Positions 57,083-64,000 of a stretch of DNA of 64,000 nt are shown here, piece by piece. The stretch comes from the human T2T-CHM13v2.0 reference genome, Homo sapiens, in assembly GCF_009914755.1 (NCBI RefSeq), contig NC_060931.1; one strand, written 5' to 3'. The translations under genes and the position numbers were made by a program. Within the stretch, counting starts at the first letter, position 1; the number at the start of each line of letters is the position of its first letter. The notes below the pieces were generated by a model. The model was not told the origin of the DNA. It searched no databases and worked only from the letters and a program-made list of their open reading frames with translations.

Positions 57083-58070
57083 TCTAGAAGTGATTACTGC
57101 ATCATTAGCCTGCAGGTCGCCTGGCTTTGGCCTAACCCTGCTTTCCCTCCTTTAGATGGCTCTGTCATCACTTCTAACACTTAAGAGTTAGTGTGGTTAG
57201 TTAGTTGTAAATCCACCTGATTTAATAGGAGTAAACTGAAATACATCCGTATAAGTTGAACATGAAAGCCCAGTGAGAGAGCCTCGTAGTTGGTCCATCT
57301 TGTAGTGTGACGTCTGGAGTGTGAGTGGGATGTTCAGTCCTTCTTTGTCATGGTCACTGGGGGAAAAGGCTCCTGTTTTTATACTCTATTGGGGAATTAT
57401 TTTGCATACTCTTCTAGGTGCTCTCACTTGTATTTTTGTACCTAAAGTGGCTACTTTTTTCTTCGTATTTAAGATGCTTTAATGGAGAATAAGTTAGATA
57501 TTAAAAGGTTTAAATGTAGTAAAATACTTTGCCATGAGGTTGGATTTCTATCTCTAGGCAAGCCTCATGTCATGGTTTGCCCTGTGTTTCTTTCCAGAAA
57601 GCTGTGATAATTCCCTTTTGATTTACATGTGACCTCCTCTCATAAAAGCTTTGGGGTCAGGACTGTTATCAATAAAGATGGAGAAATACTATTTGGTTTG
57701 GACAGTAATGCTGACTGTTCTGGGGGAAGTCATCTTACTTTTCTCAGTTGAGCTGATTGTTGTAAGTTGCTCATGTGGGCTGGAACCGGAGCATGCCCAG
57801 TGACAGTGCATTCCGACGCCTCAGTGGAGGGGCTGTATCTGCTTTGGACATTTTGGAAGTGTGTTTACTTTGGAACAGGAGATGTGTCTCTCATTTCCTC
57901 TTCTCTGTTCTTTCCTAACATAAAATAAATGCATTGTACCTTATAGGAATCAAGGCATTGAAAATATATAAAAAAAGAAAGCCTTAAAAAGATGTAAACA
58001 GTCGTGACTAACATTTTGCCATCTGTCTTTTATTCTTTTCCCATGTGTTTTTAAATATGACCAAAATATA

Positions 58071-58350
58071 GGCTGGGCATGGTGGCTCACGCCTATAATC
58101 CCAGCACTTTGGGAAGCTGAGGCAGGTGGACCACTTGAGGTCAGGAGTTGGAGACCAGCCTGGCCAACATGGTGAAACCCCGTCTCTGCTAAAAATACAA
58201 AAATTAGCCGGGCATGGTGACATGAACCTGAAATCCCAGTTACTCGGGAGGTTTACTTGAACCTGGGAGGCGGAGGTTGCAGTGAACCGAGATCACGCCA
58301 CTGTACTCTAGCCTGGGAGACGGAGTGAGACTCCGTCTCAAAAAAAAAAA
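58071..58350 (+). mobile_element. AluS
   Basis: Dimer, poly-A. Confidence 0.93.
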
Positions 58351-60244
58351 GAATTATAGATATAAAACGTTACTTTTTTTTTAATTTAACATTGTATCAT
58401 TGGCATTTCTCCCTTGTCATTAGGGTTATTTTAAAATATTTTATAATGGCAACATAACATTGAATGTTTGTATATGCTACAGTGTCCCTAGTCACTCCTG
58501 TGTACATTGAGGTTGTTTCCAGCTCATTGCTTATGACTTTTTTTTAAACCCTTTTTGTGGAAGATCTCAAGCATACACAAAAGAGGAGAGGGCAGTATCG
58601 TTTACTCTCAGGTGTCTGTCGTCCAGCCTCAGCAATTTTAGTTAAAGGCTGTTTTGCTTCCTGTTTACGCACTCACTCCCTACCTCCTGAATCATTTTGA
58701 TGTAAATCTCAAGCATTATGATGATATTTTAATGGACAAATCTTACTATGCTTTTGGGATTTTTTTCTTAGGAAGTTTCTGTAAAGAGGAATTCTGGCCT
58801 GAGGGTGGAAACATTTAATGGTTCTTGTCTTGTATTGCCAATTTACCTTCCAGAAATGTTTGATCCACTTATGTTCCTAGCAGCAGGGAATAAGCATTGC
58901 CCTCAATTTTCCATTCCCTGTTCGATACTACTTTTTAAAAAGAATCTTTGTCAGTGTGATAGATGAAAAATGATTTCTGCTTGGTTTAATTTCTATTTAT
59001 TTGATTTCTAGTGAGAATGGAATTTTTTTTCACGTGTTTATTAGCGAGTTAATTACTACAGGGTCTATGAATGGAGTTCACATGATGAGTACACTGGCTA
59101 CCTGAACAATTTTTTTCTCCCACTGGGGTCCCCACGAAATGCACAATGATGAGCCTTTGCTTGGAGAGACTCCTAAGGCGCAGATAGCCCGAGGGAGGCG
59201 CATAGTACTGAGAAAGGCACACGGGTCAGACTGTCAGGGACAAGTTCATTCGTGTCAAGAAGGTTGTTAGTGCTCAGTTTTAAATAATTAAGGTTTCAAA
59301 CTGAGGATAAAGCAGGCTGACGTGACCAGGCTAGAGCTTTTAGGAAGTGGGTAAGAGTGAGGTGGAAGTTGGCTGCCAGCTTGCAATTCCTTCTTCAGCT
59401 TTTGTATTTAACTTCATCAACTCGTGTTGGACAGACATTCTCCTGTTACATTGAGGTGGCTCTGTTTCATAGATGCCTGTGTTGGAGAATGTTTTGGGAA
59501 CCATTTTCTTCCCATTTTTAAACTCTGGCTATTCCATGAAGGTTTTATGTTCTTGGGAGTATTGGAGAGAACCATTCTTTTTCTTTCATACTTGTTTCTC
59601 TCCCCATGGGAGAAATGACCTGTTTGGAAAGATTGAGAGAAAGGATTTCACTAGCATCTGTGGCCACTTTATCTTCATCTCTTGGGATCTGTGGCCCTGA
59701 TTTCCTGCAGACCATCCTGAGCAGAACCCCCTGGAGCCCGAGAAAACTGTTCGCTCCAGTTCTTTAGGATGTGTTGAAATCAGCTTTGGCCTCAAGGATG
59801 TAGCCTAGCTCTCCATTCCAGCTTTCTCAGTGAAGTGGATATTGTGCTTATCACCTCCTGTGTCTGTTAGTAGGTTTAAAAGCCAGAGAGGAAAGTTGAA
59901 TAATCCTCAAAGGAGATTTGACTCCCACGAGGGCTCACCCACCACAGTACACATTCCCTTTCTATTTGCTTGATGCATTCTTGGCTCATTGATTTTTGAG
60001 AAATACTAAGAGTTTAACTAAAAAGCTCAGAGAAACAGCCTCTCGAATGAAATTTGTCTCTCATTGAATTATTAATTTTTAAAGCTTTCCTGAAGTTTTA
60101 TTTACTGAGTTGGACAGCCAAACTGAGGTTTGTCTGTGGTAGGCCTGGCTCATAGCTCTCACTTTCATAATGGCATTTCCTTTCAGTCTCAGAACTGGCC
60201 CTGTGTGGATGACAGATTATATGGTCACCTAACGGAAACTTCAT

Positions 60245-60542
60245 TTTCTTTTTTTCTTTTTTTTTTTTTGAGATGGAGTTTCGTTCTTGTTTCCCAGGCT
60301 GGAGTGCATTGGCTCACTGCAACCTCCACTTTCCGATTTCAAGCAATTCTCCTGCCTCAGCCTCCCGAGTAGCTGGGACTACAGGCGCCCCTCACCACGC
60401 CTGGCTAATTTTTTGTACTTTTAGTAGAGTCAGGGTTTCACCATGTTGGCCAGGTTGGTCTTGAACTCCTGACCTCAAGTGATCCATCTGCCTTGGCCTC
60501 CCAAAGTGTTGGGATTACAGGCATGAGCCACTGCGCCCAGCC
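60245..60542 (-). mobile_element. AluS with TSD gaaacttcattttct
   Basis: Dimer, clean TSD. Confidence 0.93.
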
Positions 60543-61635
60543 AGAAACTTCATTTTCTGTCAGTTAAGCAGTCCGTTTTGTTATCACACATATCTGTTCT
60601 CCCTTCTGCAAATAAACTGAGTATGTATCCTGTGTTATTTTATTTTTATCTTATTGTGGTGTCAGTGATTAGGTTGAGTCCTGTGCGACTAAGAAGTGCT
60701 AATAAGATTATTTTTGGCTATCAGAAATACTGTAATAAAGTATACAGGTAAGTTTTTATAAGGTGTAACTACCAGAAAAAGACTGCTTGTTTGTTCACCT
60801 TTAAGAAGAAAAGCAAGTTGATTTTTCTGTCTTTACTTTTTAAGAATGAATATGTGTGAATGACAGTGTGTGTGTGGCTTTGACTGGCTTTCGTGAAGGG
60901 AGTAGTAATTTACATATACCATTTATACATATAAGTAATTTTAAAAAGGGAGGAACGTGTGAAGTAGTGTGAATAAGTAGTGAGACAGTGTGAATAACAC
61001 CCCCCCAACCTAATCTAAGATGCTCAAATATATATAACCTAAGAAAACCTGGAACTCTTGACAGAATAGCTAGGCTCTCTCTCCTTATAGGTAGGAGTAC
61101 CATCAAGAACAGGAGTGGGGAACTGAGCTGCTAACATTTATTTTCATACGTGATCTGTATTGGAAAAACCAAAGTTTTATAGTCTCAATTTAATGATTCA
61201 GTTATTTAAATCTTATTTCTAAAATTACACTTTTTGTGTTGTTTAAAAAATCTTTAGGTTTTGGATATTAGCATGTTAAATTTAGTAGTACCTTAAGGAT
61301 ATCTTTCTTTTTTTGTGTATTATAAGGAAATATTATTTGTTCGTAAGCTTCCACCAATGGACTTCTTACCTTTTCTCTTTTGTGTGAGAATAAATGTGAT
61401 CGTTACACTTGGTGTTTTTACATTTAACTTGCCTGGGCACCTGAAGCTGAGCCCAGGAGGGATCCACATGCCTTGTGTGGGATTTCTTGATTATCCACTG
61501 GTGACCAGAAAGCCTTCCGGGTGGCAAACGTTTTAATATAAGGCTAGGAACAATTCAGTCAGTGTAATTTTGTGCTTTTTAACAAGTCTTTTTATGGAAG
61601 TGACACACATTAATTATATTTCTTATTTTAATTAG

Positions 61636-61712
61636 AATCAGTCGGATTTGTCAGATGAAGAGCTAAATGATGATCTTTTGCAGAGTGATAATGAAGATGA
61701 AGAAAATTTCAG
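61636..61712 (+). CDS. RBM33: RBM33 coding exon 4 (NQSDLSDEELNDDLLQSDNEDEENF)
   Basis: Acceptor ttttaattag|, donor CAG|GTACTC; 77 nt, in frame. Confidence 0.93.
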
Positions 61713-61832
61713 GTACTCAATATTACCTCATTATAAATGTTCTTTATTTAACTAAATTGATAGGAACTGTTATTTATAATTATAATGGAATGTAATTGAA
61801 TAATGTAGCCTTATATCTTTAACACATGATTA

Positions 61833-62285
<453 letters not shown>

Positions 62286-63619
62286 TTAGTATGGATATAT
62301 GCTGCTTTTCTAAAGAATTCCTCTACTCGGATGGAGGGCAGTGGCTTGGGACTCTCAACACCATTGCAGTTCGATACTGCTGCATTTGTCTTCATTTTAG
62401 CCAGTTGATTTAGATCATTTACTGAATTACCATTTTGGGCACTTTGGGAGGTGCTACTTTAGACTCTAGTTGACTGATACGATGAATGTCTTTCTGTTGA
62501 CATATAGTAAGCTATATTAAAAGAGGAGAGACACACTCTGGTAGGTGGAATAATAGTTTTTATTTTATGAGGAAACATCGGGAAAATGTAGACAAGCTCT
62601 TGTTATAAATGTAATTAACAAATATATGCCATTTATTATTGAGCCATGGATTTGTAACAGATTTTCTAACATAAAGTAATTTTTACAGGTAAAAATAAGT
62701 TTTAAATTATTCTACCAGTCAGATAAATTTCCCAATTCCATTCTTTGACATCACTGTTATATTTTAATCTTTTGAGTTAGATTGTCTTTTAGAAATACAT
62801 CATTGAAGTTTTTTAGACACAGTATCTTGAAGTCTAAGAGGTGTATTAATTTTTTGTTAGGATTGAGTGCTATGTGTGAACACAGATTTGCACGATCTTA
62901 CATGGGAAATGTTATCTTGCACCTTATTGTTTGGTATTTAACTGTTGTGATTTAATAGGTGGAACATGTTTTTTTTGCAGTTTCAAAACCTTTGTTATTT
63001 TACTTAGAAATTATGAACAATTTTTAAAGATATTTGTGACTAATATAAATTTATTTATTTGAACACTGAAATGTATTTTCACACAAATTTTTAATATTTT
63101 GATTTTCTTAAACAGGAGTTTATAATTTCTATCACAGATGTAAGAAAAAAATTGTTCTTAAAATTCCGATTCTGATTTTCTCCTTATGGAATAATACTCC
63201 TGTTTTTACTTTGAACTCTTAGCAGTTTCTGTCTATTTCATTTTGTAAATTAGAATGAAATATAGGCTATTTGATTTCAGTCTTGGACTTTTGCCACTCA
63301 GATGTGTTTCATCTGTGGTTGATTTAATTCATTTGGTCAAATAACCTGCAGCTGGTGATAAGTAGAGGGGCTATATGCATTGCCAGTCTGTGGCCGGCTC
63401 CATATAGCACAGTTAGCTCTGCTGTACGCATTAAGGGTTTAGGGCACTGGCTCTGTATAGCATTTTGAGTACTGTTGGAGTTAATGTGCATTTGTCAGTA
63501 ACTGGAATAACTTTTTATCAGTCATGGTTTAAATCTTTGTAACAGCTATTTATATAATGATTTAGTTTGAGCTCCTCTCTTCATTGGGTGCTTTTTTTTT
63601 TTATTTTCGTCCTCTCTAG

Positions 63620-63938
63620 TTCTCAGGGTGTTACAATTAGTCTGAATGCTACATCTGGCATGGTTACATCATTTGAACTCTCTGACAACACTAACGACCA
63701 ATCTGGAGAACAGGAATCTGAGTATGAACAAGAACAAGGAGAGGATGAACTGGTTTATCACAAATCTGATGGATCAGAATTGTATACTCAAGAGTACCCA
63801 GAAGAAGGACAGTATGAAGGCCACGAAGCTGAGTTGACAGAAGACCAAATAGAATATGTGGAAGAGCCAGAGGAGGAGCAGCTTTACACTGATGAAGTGT
63901 TAGACATCGAGATCAATGAACCTTTAGATGAATTTACA
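63620..63938 (+). CDS. RBM33: RBM33 coding exon 5 (acidic region SSQGVTISLNATSGMVT...EPLDEFT)
   Basis: Long pyrimidine tract + ctctag|, donor ACA|GTGAGT; 319 nt open; cumulative 567 nt = 189 codons. Confidence 0.95.
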
Positions 63939-64000
63939 GTGAGTCTTTTCTCCTTTGTATGGCCAAAGATAACCTGGCTTCCCATGCATAGGCTTCTAGA

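Noticed and set aside
63646-63837. 63-aa ORF in exon 5
   Set aside because: Shifted frame of an Asp/Glu-rich exon; explained by codon composition

Overview
Primate (human-like) genomic DNA, dense in Alu, L1, LTR and DNA-transposon relics. It contains the CpG-island promoter and first five coding exons of RBM33 on the + strand (27945-27987, 48260-48338, 55949-55997, 61636-61712, 63620-63938). These splice with GT-AG borders into 189 uninterrupted codons (MAAALGASGGAGAGDDDFDQFDKPGAERSWRRRAADEDWDSELEDDLLGEDLLSGKKNQSDLSDEELNDD...EPLDEFT); the gene continues past the window. The 27 kb upstream is mostly old L1 with nested insertions. Most ORFs in the supplied track are repeat artefacts. I see no new multi-gene system. 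The best leads are: back-splice (circular RNA) ORF arithmetic for exons 2-5 and 3-5; candidate poison or cassette exons in introns 2 and 3; a perfect antisense splice donor just inside intron 1; a ~300-bp templated local duplication; a VNTR built from L1 ORF2 sequence; a truncated U1 snRNA retrocopy; and Z-DNA/cruciform-prone repeats, one an E-box array. Repeat subfamily names are by eye, and repeat boundaries are approximate.
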